The notes under the pieces were generated by a model. It searched no databases. It had not been told where the DNA came from and saw only the letters and a list, made by a program, of their open reading frames with translations. Position numbers and translations under genes: made by a program. 64,000 nt of DNA, from NCBI RefSeq assembly GCF_009914755.1, contig NC_060934.1. One strand, written 5' to 3'. Positions 18,626 to 33,857 of this stretch are shown piece by piece. Numbering within the stretch: position 1 is the first letter of the stretch; every line of letters starts with the position of its first letter. The stretch comes from the human T2T-CHM13v2.0 reference genome, Homo sapiens.

Positions 18626-18943
18626 ATTTAAAGATCAGGGAGTGAAAATGTTTTAATAAAGAATTGGAGGTTATGGTAATGAATAATGAAAGCAAGCAAA
18701 TCCATCAGGTCTAATAATTGTAAACAAGGTACAAAATTGAATGCACATGACAAAAATTACAAGTGGGGGGCTAGTTATTTATAATAAAATAATACAACAA
18801 AAACTACTCTGCATCTAAAACCCTATCTTTACTAATGAACTCAATATAGTGTATGAGCAGGCAAATGGTTGGAGAATAATTTAAATCAGGCTCTGCTCTT
18901 CACCTAATGTAACATGCTTATCTCAAAATATACTGTTATTCTT

Positions 18944-20415
<1,472 letters not shown>

Positions 20416-20653
20416 AATATACTGTTATTCTTATTAGATTTATTTTCATTCATTTGTTCACCAGTTTCTTCTTTATATAATTACTATGTACAAGAGCTAT
20501 GCTTTTAAAGGACAGCATCTATATTTTTTTTAATTTTTCCAAATAAAAGTTTTCACTGAGAATACAATTCTTTGGTCATGCAGTGTAGCATTTTTATTTT
20601 TAGCATTATCTGTAGATGTAAGTAAGGGATAAAACTAACTCTTTTTTTTCCAG

Positions 20654-20707
20654 CACACACACATACACACACAGGAAGATACAAGAAGAGAGAGAGAGAG
20701 AGAGAGA
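20654..20707. repeat. (CA)n and (GA)n microsatellites
   Basis: Read directly from the sequence. Confidence 0.85.
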
Positions 20708-22681
20708 ATGAACACAAGCAAAGTGTTGACAATTGATAAGACTTTGAAAAAATATATCTGAAATATTGTACTATGTTTTATCATCTATTGTTCAATATAA
20801 AATGTTTCCAAATAAATATGTATCTAATAATAGATAAACATAAACATAGGGCAGTGATGGGCTACAGAGGACGTATTTAAGATGATTGAAAGCCGAACGT
20901 GCCCTAGTTAGGCTGCTGTGGTGCAGAGAAGCATATGGTCTTCTTCAAGGATCCAGGGCTGGGGACCGCCACACAGATGCAGCACAAACACAAAAAGGCA
21001 AAAGACCAAAAAGAGAAAAATGGAATATGGTGTGAAAACTGTGGACTAAGAGATCTAAGTCAAATAAAGAGAGGAGGGAATAAAAAATGAGGCTAATGAA
21101 TTCAGAAATTGTTAAAACTGAGAATTCTGGGGCTGGAAAAGAACAAAATATATGAAAATAAGTATATGAACAACCCAAAAGGAAAAAAAGATTGTGTTGA
21201 AAAGAACCCCCCCCAAAAAACATACTTGTTTAATATTATTATGAGTAACCTCTGAGTAGTTATTTCAAAATACCAGTCTCTGCATTTCAAAGAATAAATT
21301 AATATTAAAATATAACCATTAATAGTCTGTTAGACAGGATGTCAGTTATAGTCCTAGGCTTTATCTGCAGTGTTTTGGTTTTTTTAACTGTTGTTGTTGT
21401 TAGGTAACCAGTACTTTCAATAATCATTTTCTATTCATAGTTTTGGAGAATTTTGAACCATTCTTTTTTAAACAGTATGCTCTTAGAATGATGTCTCAGA
21501 TCTTTAATATTTCAATATCAGAGGTCTTTGATACATATTTCCTTCCCCCCAAAAAAAGAAAAAAAATCTGTCACTTTTGAAACAGTTATCTTTAATCAAA
21601 TATGACCTAAAAGGCCAGTTGAAAAGTTGAATTATTTAAGATATTTAGTCAACTGTCTGTATAGCATTAATATTAAGACTCATAAAAGCTTCATGAAGAG
21701 TGAGTCAAAGATACTTATAGTTCAGCTGTATAATTTTACATTATACTTATTAACATATGAAAAAAGTAATGGAAATTGATTATATTGAAACTAAGTCATG
21801 TAAAAGATATTTTGATGTTTGAATGTTTAAGTGAGCAGTTTCTTCATTGTTTGTATTACCATTATTTAATGCCACTGTATGTACCTGCAATTGTTATGGA
21901 GAATATCAATGTAACATTGTCTTTTCATTAGCGTGCAGTTTATTAACATTGAAAGTCACAATATAGATCAGTTATTCTGAAGACTGTAGATATAAATGAG
22001 AGAATAAGATCATCTTTATTATGTAGACATATAAAATAAATCTGCAAGTAAGAGTTGGAGTCAAATACAGGTTATTATTCACATTGAAGACCAATGATGA
22101 TTTCAGTCATTTGGTCCCTTATATTTGAAAGAATAACAGTTAGAGACAAATATACTGCAGCACAAATACTTTGAAATTGAATATGGAATTATGTATATGT
22201 GCGCATGTATTTTTCTCCTACATAAAAAGGTATATAAAATGTATCTTATTTAGAAAAGATTCCTAGCACCCCAAATTTTAAGTTTTCCGCATTTCCTGAG
22301 ATTCTCTTTAAATATTAACTTCAGAAGGAAAAATTTTGCCCATTTGGTTATGGCAGAATAATCCCACGCTAAATTTTAAATAAACTTTACATTTATTTTA
22401 AGTGCATTTATTTTAATTAAATCTCTTTGTCCACAAACTGGTGAGAGAACATGGATTGACTCACTGTTCACTTATGCCTATTGAAGGAATAAGCACTAAT
22501 GCAGAAAATAGGCTGCTGCCTGCATAAATAATTCAGAAAGCAGTGAAAAAAATCTTCTAGAAAATACTCAGTTTTCAACATTCGCTCTCTGTCTCTCTCA
22601 CACACACACAGAGGCACACATACACACACACGCATTTTCTTTATTTTTGAATATCATTAAATTATGATAGACATTTCTAAG

Positions 22682-22694
22682 GTAACCTGGCAAC
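22682..22694. promoter_or_regulatory. Candidate RFX X-box site
   Basis: GTAACC-T-GGCAAC fits GTNRCC-N(0-3)-RGYAAC; motif match only. Confidence 0.3.
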
Positions 22695-23799
22695 TTGGTG
22701 TTTTTAGTTACAATTACATAGGATCAAATTTCAGTTGGTTGCTGAACAGCACTGTCGAATCAGTGCAAATGTCTAACTGATTTGAATGGGTTTTGGTTAA
22801 TACTCTGTCCTAGGACTTTTGAACTGAATTTATCAGAGCCAACACAAGATAACCTAAAAGTCTCAAATTAACAAATTTCACACCAAGTATTCTAAATGAT
22901 TGTGCTATTAAAATATTACTAAAAGCAATTACATTTGGTGTTTGTAAAAAGCTAAAATACCCAGCAGATGAGTAAAGTTTCTGCTCTTTATGTTCGAGCA
23001 TTATTAATCAACTTATTTTTCTGTCCAAGGTGTTCTTGACAATCCCCATTAAATTATAAGTCTTAATCAATTCACAAATTATAGTTCTATTCATGTCATT
23101 AAACCAATATTTTATGCTGCTTTTTGTTAGTATCATGGAGATATTTACAAGTCCAGGCAGATGAATGAGGATACAGGACACAATGAATTATAATGTGTCC
23201 TTGGATGATTTTCTAAGGAAAGAAGAGAGCCTTGGAAGGGTGCTATATGTGAAGCTGAGAGGATCAGGTTACCATTGCTCTCTGCTAGACTCAGATTAAT
23301 TTATTCAAATATAATAAAGCAGAACCCTTAAAACAGAGACATTGTTAAAGAATAGCCGGTATTACTCTTTTTGTATTTTTTAAAGTAACTCGTGAGGATA
23401 GATTTTATAATTGAGACATATATTTGTATATTTAAATCTAAAGCCATTATTTTTATGGCAAGTTCATATTCATATGAAAAATGGTGTTTTGATAAAAATT
23501 ATAACTGCCATAAATTAAGCATGTAATACATGTATTTTAAATATATTGTTTTTGCTTTATTTCTTTGTTTTTGTTTTATTTATTCTACCTTGCCTCATTC
23601 TATGTTCATTCTGGTTTATTAAGCATATTTTGCTACTCAGTAGACATAGTGCCCTTAGAGAACATATATAACATTTTAATCATAGTATTATATAAAAATA
23701 GAATGTACTGTTTATTTTGGAATTTAAGCATTCTCTCTATATATACTACACTATTTCTTTGCCAGATTGTGCCTTTTTCTGTTTTATTTTTCCTAGTAT

Positions 23800-24672
<873 letters not shown>

Positions 24673-24877
24673 TTTTTCTGCTTTTTTTTCTCAGTGAATA
24701 CAATTCAAATATGTTCTTACTACCTCTTCTTTTCTCCTTCCCCTTTTCTTTCTCATCCTCTTTTTCTTCCTCTTCTTCTTCTTTAGCGAATTTCAATACT
24801 TTACAGTAGACTGAGCTCTTTAGTAAGTACCCCAAACTGTATTATCTTATTGAATATACACAATTTACTTTTAAACT

Positions 24878-25172
24878 TTTAAAAATTGTAATTATTATGG
24901 ATACATACTAGTCATACATGTTTATGGAGTGTGTATGATATTTTTGTACAAGCATACAATGTGTAACGGTCAAATTAGGCCAATAAGGGTATCCATCTCC
25001 TCAAGAATTTATCACTTGTTTGTGTTAGGAACATTCCAGTTCTACTCTTCTAGTTATTTTGAGATATACAATAAATTATTGTTAACTCCAGTTGCCATAT
25101 TGTGCTACCAAACAGTAGATCTTATTCCTTCTATCTAAGTGTATTTTTGTACCTATTAATCATCCCTTTTAT
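24878..25172 (-). mobile_element. L1MA 3'-end fragment
   Basis: catacaatgtgtaa..gtcaaattagg, tgtgttaggaacattcca, gatcttattccttctatctaa. Confidence 0.85.
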
Positions 25173-25789
25173 AACCTCTTATGACAGATATTATTAGCCC
25201 CATTGAAATAATAGATCATACTAGATGAAAAACCTAACACAGAAAAAGCTCAAAAACTTTCCCAAGAATATACAGGTGTTTTGTGGTAAAACTTGGACTT
25301 AAACTTTTCCAGCTTCCAGAGAGCATATTTTAATCTCCATTTCCCATTCTCACATTTTCATTCTTTCTTTGTGATTTTCCTTCTGTAATGACTCTTTCCT
25401 GCTGATAAGCAACCTCTTGAAACTCCTATATCACACCTTCCCTGACACCTTCTGTAGCACAGAAAAACATACTGAGAGCTGTATGCAGCAGATCCAGAGC
25501 CTCCATCTGTGGAATGTGAGTTTCCTCAGAGCCTCAGTGCAGAAGGAAGAGGATTTCTTTCTACTCTGGAAGGATTCCTCAGCTCCGCTGTGAACTAGCT
25601 ATTTGCCCAGCAGGCAGAATGGAAAACAGATTTCATCCAAACAAAAATATACACTATACAAATTTAATGTACTGTAATGAATGAGCTGTAGTAGCCTTCA
25701 AAAGTGGTGTATGTCTCTAAAATTTTTCACATTGCAAATATCAATTTTTAAATGCAAACCTTTAGAGAATATAATATTTATTTTATTGA

Positions 25790-25990
25790 GAACTTACTAT
25801 ACATTACATAACATGTTAAATGATTTGCATAAATTATATGTCTCATCTTCTGAGGTAAGTTCATTATAAGGTATTACATATGCAAAAACTGAGGTATAAA
25901 GAGGTTACACAACTTGCCCAAATCTCATAGCTACAAAATCACTAAGATGGGACTCAATGTTAGGTCTCCATGATGACAAGGTCCATACAT
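25790..25990 (-). mobile_element. MIR SINE
   Basis: aaactgaggtataaagaggttacacaacttgcccaa.tctcatagcta. Confidence 0.7.
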
Positions 25991-26154
25991 TCAATAGCTA
26001 ATAAATATTATTTTCCAAAGTTAGGTGTACATTGCTAACCTCACAACCAATTTTTAAGTGACATGAAAGAAAAAAAAGATATCAAGGAGCTCAAATGTCT
26101 GATGTATTTATTTATTAGAAAGTGTGACTTTCTCCCAACATGTTATTTTATTTA

Positions 26155-26362
<208 letters not shown>

Positions 26363-26674
26363 ATAAATATATGGATAAGCATGAAGAAAGGCCAACCTCT
26401 AGTTTTCTTTGGCTCCTAATGTCTAAATTAACACTAAATTCCTTAATATTTTAATAACTCATGTATACACGAGAATTAGACTTTTTTTGTTCTCATAATC
26501 TGCTATACAGATGAGAAGTGACATAAAATTCAACCTAACACTTTTGTGGGGAATTTTTCTCTGACAAGCTTTACCTCCTTTAAATCTCCCACTAGAAAAT
26601 AATCATCTTGAATATTTTGTTTGTTACTTTACGTTATACATTACTTGAATAATTGTTACTTTATATTATGCATG

Positions 26675-27043
26675 TGATATGTTTTGACTCTATGTCCCCA
26701 CCCAAATCTCACCTTGAATTGTAATAATCCCCAGATGTCATGGGAAGGGCCTGGTGGGAGGTAATTGAATCATAGGGGTGGATGTTTTTCCCCCTGCTGT
26801 TCTCGTGGTAATGAATAGGTCTCACAAGCTCTGATGTTTTTATAAAAGGGCAGTTCCCCTCCACACGCCCTCTTGCCTGCTGCCGTGTAAGACCTGTTGT
26901 GTCTTGCTTCCCCTTTGCTTTCCACCATGATTGTGAGGCCTTCCTCAGCCATGTGGAACTGTGAGTCAACTAAACATCTTTCCTGTGTAAATTACCCAGT
27001 ATTGGACATGTCTTTATTAGCAGCCTGAGAACAGACTAACACA
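26675..27043 (+). mobile_element. THE1 (THE1C-like) LTR
   Basis: tgatatg...ccccacccaaatctcaccttgaattgtaat...aattacccag...gactaacaca. Confidence 0.92.
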
Positions 27044-29624
27044 GTAAACAGTATTGTTGGGGGTCTAAAATTAATTATGTTTATGTATATAATTTAACCT
27101 AACCATTAATAGATAGTTAAAAGTGGTCACTTTTATTCAGCTGGAATTTGAAAAATTATGAGCACAAAAGAGCTTATTGGACAACACTGTAATTACTTGA
27201 GGTGCAATAAAGTCATATCTTCATATTTTTTACAACTCAATTAGAATTATCTTGCAGGTTAAAGAAACATATAAAATGGCAAACATTGTAAATATGAATG
27301 CTTTCAAATGTTATTTTGTGAAGAACAATAACTTTTACAGGGTCATCTTAGCTATTATTTATTAGGGAAATAAAACAGTCCAATACAATCTTGATTGTTT
27401 TTCTTAGTGCCAATGTAATTTTAATTGTGTCTCATTCAATAGAAATTAAAAGGCCCCAGTGATGGTTGAAAAAATCTACCCTTGAAACATTAATTGATCT
27501 TAGAAAAATACCATATTACATTTATCAAAATTCATTGTTTTCTTATATTTATGACCCACAAATAGAAGAAAATGAGAGAAATGTGTGAGCTACATGCAAG
27601 TCACTTTCTGAATGGTTTGGCAAACAGAAAAGAAACTGAATGGTTTGGCAAACTTACAAAAGAAAATCCATAAGCATTTTTGTTTTTTAACAGTAGCTAT
27701 TAAAATGAATTTTATGCTTTGAAAAACAAGTTTTTCATGACAAATTACAAAACTTATTCAACTTCTAAATGGTCATTATTTTTAAAAATATGTAACGAGG
27801 TATTTTCAATTGTGAAATTTTACAAAGAGTAAAATCCATCCACATCCAACTCTTCAAAATGTGAAGACAAACACGTATGCCAACTAGATATGTCACCTCA
27901 AGATGATAATAAAGTGTCATATTTTTAAAAGAAAATAGGACAAATGACATAAAAACATTTTATACAATGAGAACAGTTGATCCCAAACAATTTTAACTGG
28001 CAAACTAATTCATATACTTTTGCTTCTGAGTGCTGGAAACTTTATCATAGCATGCGGTCTCTGTGCAGACTGGCATTTAGGATCTATATTTTCCTGTACC
28101 CCATAATCGATTGGAGATTTTCTTATTTTGCAGAATCATTCTACACTGGTTAGCTCATCTGTTGTTCGTCATTGAAAGTGAGGTTCTAAATGATAAGAAC
28201 TCACTTTGAAATGGTGGTGAATTCTCCATATTAGCAAGGTTCTCAAGGGTAACATAAAAACCATGCAAAACATTACCATGTGTTTAATGTTTGTACATAA
28301 ACTGCTGGTTAATTTCTTGTTTTAATCTGCATAGACATGATAAAAATCTGGTATTTCAATATTTACATTTTTATGTTTCACTTTTACCTAGAAATTTATC
28401 AATCCAATCAACATTGTCCAAGAATTAATATAACTAAAGATAAGTGAACATTTACAATCTCAGTCACAGAAGACATATTTCTTGAGCATGCTTTGTGCAT
28501 GCCACAGTAAAAGAAAAGGTAAAACCATGTAAAACAGGTCACATATAAGAAATGTTGAAACACGAGTTTAGTTCTGTGGTGAAGTATAATAATGATTAGC
28601 CTTAACATAGAAATTTATAATAGTAAAGTATTATTCACATTTTGGCCACTTTTTTGAAAAACAAATGAAATTATTATGGAAATTCAAACAAATTAATGTT
28701 TTCTGATAAATTTTAATTTCTATAACATATGTTCAAATAACTGGGATAGATGCTTGAACCAAACCCACTTTTTCGTATAATGTTTCTTATTTATAACATA
28801 TTTTACAGAGTATAAAGGATTCATGCTGTATAAAATGCCAAATTACATATTATATACATATATATTCTGAGTTTATAAATTTTGTGTTTTGCATGTAGAA
28901 CATAGGATATACTTCTTGCACCAAATGTCACTAATAAAATACAGCACAAACAAAAAAATGTGTTCTCTTTTAATACATTTAAAGCAGTTGGCATACAATT
29001 TAAAAGATGTTTGAAATCACAAATGAGAAAAAGGTGTTAATGAATTCAAATGTAAAATTACTGAGTAAAATTTCATATATTTATTTTTATTTATCTATTA
29101 ATTGTGCTAAAATAAATCCTAGTTATCCAAATGTTTCCACCATCTCAAAAGCAGTAATTTGAAAATGGTATTAACACATATGCACACATTTCAGTTTTGA
29201 ACTGGAATTAACATTTGAATATTATTTTCACCAATGATCACACATAGAGTAATGTTTAATTAGAAATAATGAAAAATAATCATTGAAAATTATTAAATAA
29301 CAAAAAATGGCAGACCAGGACAAATGTCAGAGGACAAGTAAGTCTTAATTCTGCTGCTTTACATTTCAATATTCTCTTATCTCCTTGCAGTCTCTCAGAA
29401 ATGTTTCATAATTTTATGTCACCAAATTATTTAAGTGTGGCGAAAGAGTGACTGTTACCTTTTCTTCTACCATCCCAAGTGTTGTTACATTGGTTTCATT
29501 GGTTTATACATTGATTTTGCTATTTTTGTAGTGCTTTATTTTTTTCCATGGAAAGAAGGGGATTTTTAAATGAAATTTGAGAAATAATAAAAACATTGTT
29601 GAAATAAAATTTACTGACTGTTAA

Positions 29625-29900
29625 ATTAAATTGGTTCAGGCACTCAAGAAGCAGATGCTAAGATAGAATTTTTCATGTAAGGATTATGTTGGAGAAAAAT
29701 ACCTGTGAGGGATAAAGGACAGAGGGAGAAGAGAATAGGGCAAATATTGACTCTAAAATCCAGGTCTGACAGCTGAGAAAAAAAGAGAAGAAAGGAGAAG
29801 ATTTTAAAAGTAGAAAGAGCCTGAGACTGTGGTGCATCTCTGAGAAAATGTTAGCCCGATTGGTAGAGATCAGTAGTTAGGCTGGATTTGGGAAGTGGAA
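29625..29900. mobile_element. Old ERVL LTR fragment (LTR16-like)
   Basis: aagcagatgctaagatagaa...acctgtgagggataaagg...caggtctgaca; weak recognition. Confidence 0.4.
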
Positions 29901-30101
29901 ATCCATGCTGTTAGACCAACCCATTCATAGCTTCCATCTTTGTCTAGAGATGCTAGAGAAACTGACCACAGGAGGCTCTCTGATGTGTATGTTCCCCATG
30001 AGAGCAGCAAGTCCTTCCCTGAGAAGCAATCTGGGTGTTACATCTTCACATCTACCAAGGATCGTTTCATAGAAGAGGAATTGCTAGTGAAAACCATAGC
30101 A

Positions 30102-30395
30102 GGCTGGGCGCGGTGGCTCACGCCTGTAATCCCAAGCACTTTTGGAGCCCAAGGTGGGCAAATCACAAGGTCAAGAGTTCGAGACCAGCTTGGCAAATAT
30201 GGTGAAACCCCATCTCTACTAAAAATACAAAAAATTAGCTGGGTGTAGTGGCAGGCACTTGTAATCCCAGCTACTCGGGAGGCTGAGGCAGGAGAATCGC
30301 TTGAACACAGGGGGCTGAGGTTGCAGTGAGCCAAGATCTTGCCACTGCATTCCAGCCCTGGCAACAGAATGAGACTCCGAAACAAACAAACAAAC
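30102..30395 (+). mobile_element. AluS-like SINE with (CAAA)n tail
   Basis: Full dimer; TSD core catagca on both sides. Confidence 0.93.
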
Positions 30396-31412
30396 ATCAT
30401 AGCAAAGACTGCTAATTCACTAGCAATTCAGCCTCTCATTTACAGACCTCAATGAAGTTCCAACCAGTATATACAGATGCTGGTACAGATTGTAGGGTGT
30501 GACTTCAAGTAAAGTACTTTAGAAGCAAAGGCAGGGGTAGATGTGGATCAGTGGACTTGCACATAAAAGTCAAAGTGTCCTCAAGAAAGCTGAGATGAGA
30601 GACAAAGGGATAACTAGGTTCCCGGTGAAATCCTGGTATATGTACACCAAATATGGACTGCCTGTCTCCAGACTTCTTATCAGAAAAAAGTCCAGTCCCT
30701 ACTCGGTTTAAGCACTGTTTTGAGGTCTGTTATTAGAAATAAAATTCAATTACCAATAGATACAAAGAAAATGTACAATTCACATTTTTATAATTATTAC
30801 TGAAATTCCATTCAAAAAGGCCATTTCAAGTGCAGTCTACCATTGCCACTAAGGAGTTTTTCACCTAACACTTCCCTCAATACTTAACAACATCAACATT
30901 TTAAATTTAATCTGATAGTAAAATGCACAGAAGTTTTTAGTTTTCTTTTCCCAATGTTGTTTAAATTATGTTTTCCTGATCAGCACTGAGGCTGAACAGA
31001 TTTTCATGATTTGATTGGCCATATTATTTTATTAATTGACAGCTCTAATAATTTTTATGAATGGTTTTTATTTTTTAGTCTACATTTAAAAAGTGCTTTT
31101 GTGTCATTTATATTCTTATTTTATTATTTGGACCTAAAGTACACGTAGTGAAGTAAACTGCAGTCTCTAATTAATGAGACACTGCATTAGGAGTGCAAGC
31201 AAAGGTCTCCCCTTTCTTTTCTCATTTTCTTTGATTTTATATTTTCATTTTATTGTATTCTATTTTTTATGCTATGTTACATTTTATCAGATAAACGTTA
31301 TTGTCATTTTCACAGCTTTCTCAAATACAGGTTTTGTCACAAATTTTTAAGTTAATATTAAATATGCCAGTATGTAGAGTAAAATTTATTACAAAGAATG
31401 AATTTGTATATT

Positions 31413-31786
31413 TGTATTAGTCTGTTCTCATTCTGCCAATAAAGACATACCTGAGACTGGGTAATTAATAAGGCAATGAGGTTTAATTGACTCAAAGTTA
31501 AGCATAACTATGGAGGCATCAAAAAACTTACAATCATGGCAGAAGGGGAAGCAAACACTTGCTTCTTCACATGGCAGCAGGAAAGAGAAGAATGAGCAAA
31601 AGGGGGGAAACCCCTTATAAAACAATCAGATCTCACGAGAACTCGCTCACTATCATGAAAATAGCATGAAGGTAACCTCCTCCATGGTTCAGTTACATCT
31701 CCTCGAGTTATTCCCACGACACATGGGGATTATGGGAACTACAATTCAAGATAAGATTTGGGTGGGGACATAGCTAAACCATATCA
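31413..31786 (-). mobile_element. THE1 (THE1B-like) solo LTR
   Basis: tgtattagtc...aaaccatatca; TSD ATATT/ATATC. Confidence 0.93.
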
Positions 31787-33604
31787 ATATCTGACTCTAA
31801 ATTTATATGTATTTAAACATTTATTAGAGAAATTATGACTTAACTAAGTAAAAATTCACTATGAGAAAGAATATTTTAAAATTTGCAATGGAGACATAAA
31901 ATTAGGTAAACCAGAGGCCCTTGAGTTTCAAGTTGCTGTACTAAATTATTCTCACTTATAGTTGTATAAATGAGATCTGATTCTCTTCATGCCTGAATAT
32001 CATAGCTATCATTTTTTAATGTTACTTTATCATTTTGAACATTGTAATTACAATATGCTTTGCATTCTTATTTAGAGCAAATTCATTATATATCAGATGG
32101 TTTATACTTTCACCATTTTTTAAATGCCAAACCTATATAAAAAGATTATCTCTGGGGCCCTTAGAATTTCTTTGACACCATCAAGATGTTATCACTCAAA
32201 TTTTTTATTAGTCACATTCCACATATATGCTTTTAAAACCTTTAGTTATCTCAGAATAAGAGTGAAAGTTTAAAATATGTAATTAAACACTACCTGTATT
32301 TCATTCAGCAATCAGAGAGAAAAAAACACGTATGTTCTGTAAAGCCTCTCATTCAACCATTATAAGTGGTTTAGGACTACATCTAGTTATTAATGAGAAT
32401 ACTCTCTAACATATTCAGAACTCCAGAAGTGAGAACCAAGGTTCAAAGAATGTAAGAGCCTAGGGTCTTAAATTGTCCCATGGATTATAAATACATCTAG
32501 GTCATGCCTCTTGAAATAATAATAAGTATGTGGGAAAAAATAACCAGAACGAAAGGTATTTTTTAGAGGAAGATCTTTTTTCCACTCAGGTCTACATTGT
32601 TTTGTCTTACACGTACCCTTGAGGAACTTGTAGATGTTTTATACATTTCCAAAAATATCTAATACAATTTTAGAACTCTCCTTTTACTAGTAAAAAGTAT
32701 GTTTTATTACTCATTGTTTCAATTATGTTGAGCATAAATTTCTGAAATTTTATATCATATACATTAGGTAAGTATAGATACCTCTTTTTTCTAGAACTCA
32801 CATCAACTTATATATGAATATTTTAAGTATTTTTTAAGTATGCAATATGGTAAGCTTAATTTTTAAATTTTTCAAAAATATACATAAAGTAAAAATCGAA
32901 AATTAAAATAGTCTATAATTTCACCAATTAAGGAAAAGCAATATAGCCATGGGTTTTAAAACTTGTGTATGTGTATGTGTGTGCATGTATATAAAAACTT
33001 ATAGAATTATCTTGATAATTGACACCTATATTTTTCTTAATAAAATCGTCTTTTTGTAGACACTAACTCAGAGATTTTCATTGAACAGAGGTTAGAAACT
33101 TGTTTTATATCTCTATGGCTAATTTTCATAGTGTTCACTCCCTAAACAAAGACAAATCTACTCAAAGAACAAACAAAAATTACACATTTTATTAAAACTG
33201 ATTGTTTTACTTTTAAGATGTCATGCCCATCTTTACATGCCACTAAATATACCTGAAAATATTACTGCAATGGCAACATTGTTACTTTGATGAGTGCCTC
33301 ATAACAACCTAAGCCAAATAAATTTATTTTCTTGGATATTTTACTTATTGCTTTTTTTTTTTTGCTAGCCTAAAGTTTGTAAGTAACCACTCTTAAATGT
33401 GATACAACAATATATCCTAAGTTACATTGTTAGTTGTATATTTGGTTTTGATCTAATGGAAAAGAAAGGCTTAAGTATTTTACATTAAATTGTTTTCCAG
33501 GTAATAGAAATTCATGGGTGCAGGAGCTTTTAATTTCTTTAGTTTCCATTTCTCTCTTGGATTACTACTTTCCTTTACCTTGAGAGTCAAGAGATAAGTT
33601 GTAT

Positions 33605-33608
33605 ACAG

Positions 33609-33656
<48 letters not shown>
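33605..33656. repeat. (CA)n microsatellite
   Basis: About 21 uninterrupted CA units. Confidence 0.97.
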
Positions 33657-33658
<2 letters not shown>

Positions 33659-33857
33659 GCTCTCTCGATAATCATGACATGAACACATCAGTTGTCACTC
33701 TTAGATTAGACCAAAACATTTGTAAAATGTTTATCTTTAATAAACATATATTCTGGACAAATATTAATGTAAAAATCAGAGAAAATAAAACATGACAAGG
33801 TCTTCAAAAGATTTCAGATTCAAATAATATTGTAAATTTCTTTATATAACAGATATC

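Noticed and set aside
27608-27653. Direct repeats as a CRISPR-like array (also 9162 and 47735)
   Set aside because: Two copies only, no unique spacers, no cas genes, eukaryotic context.
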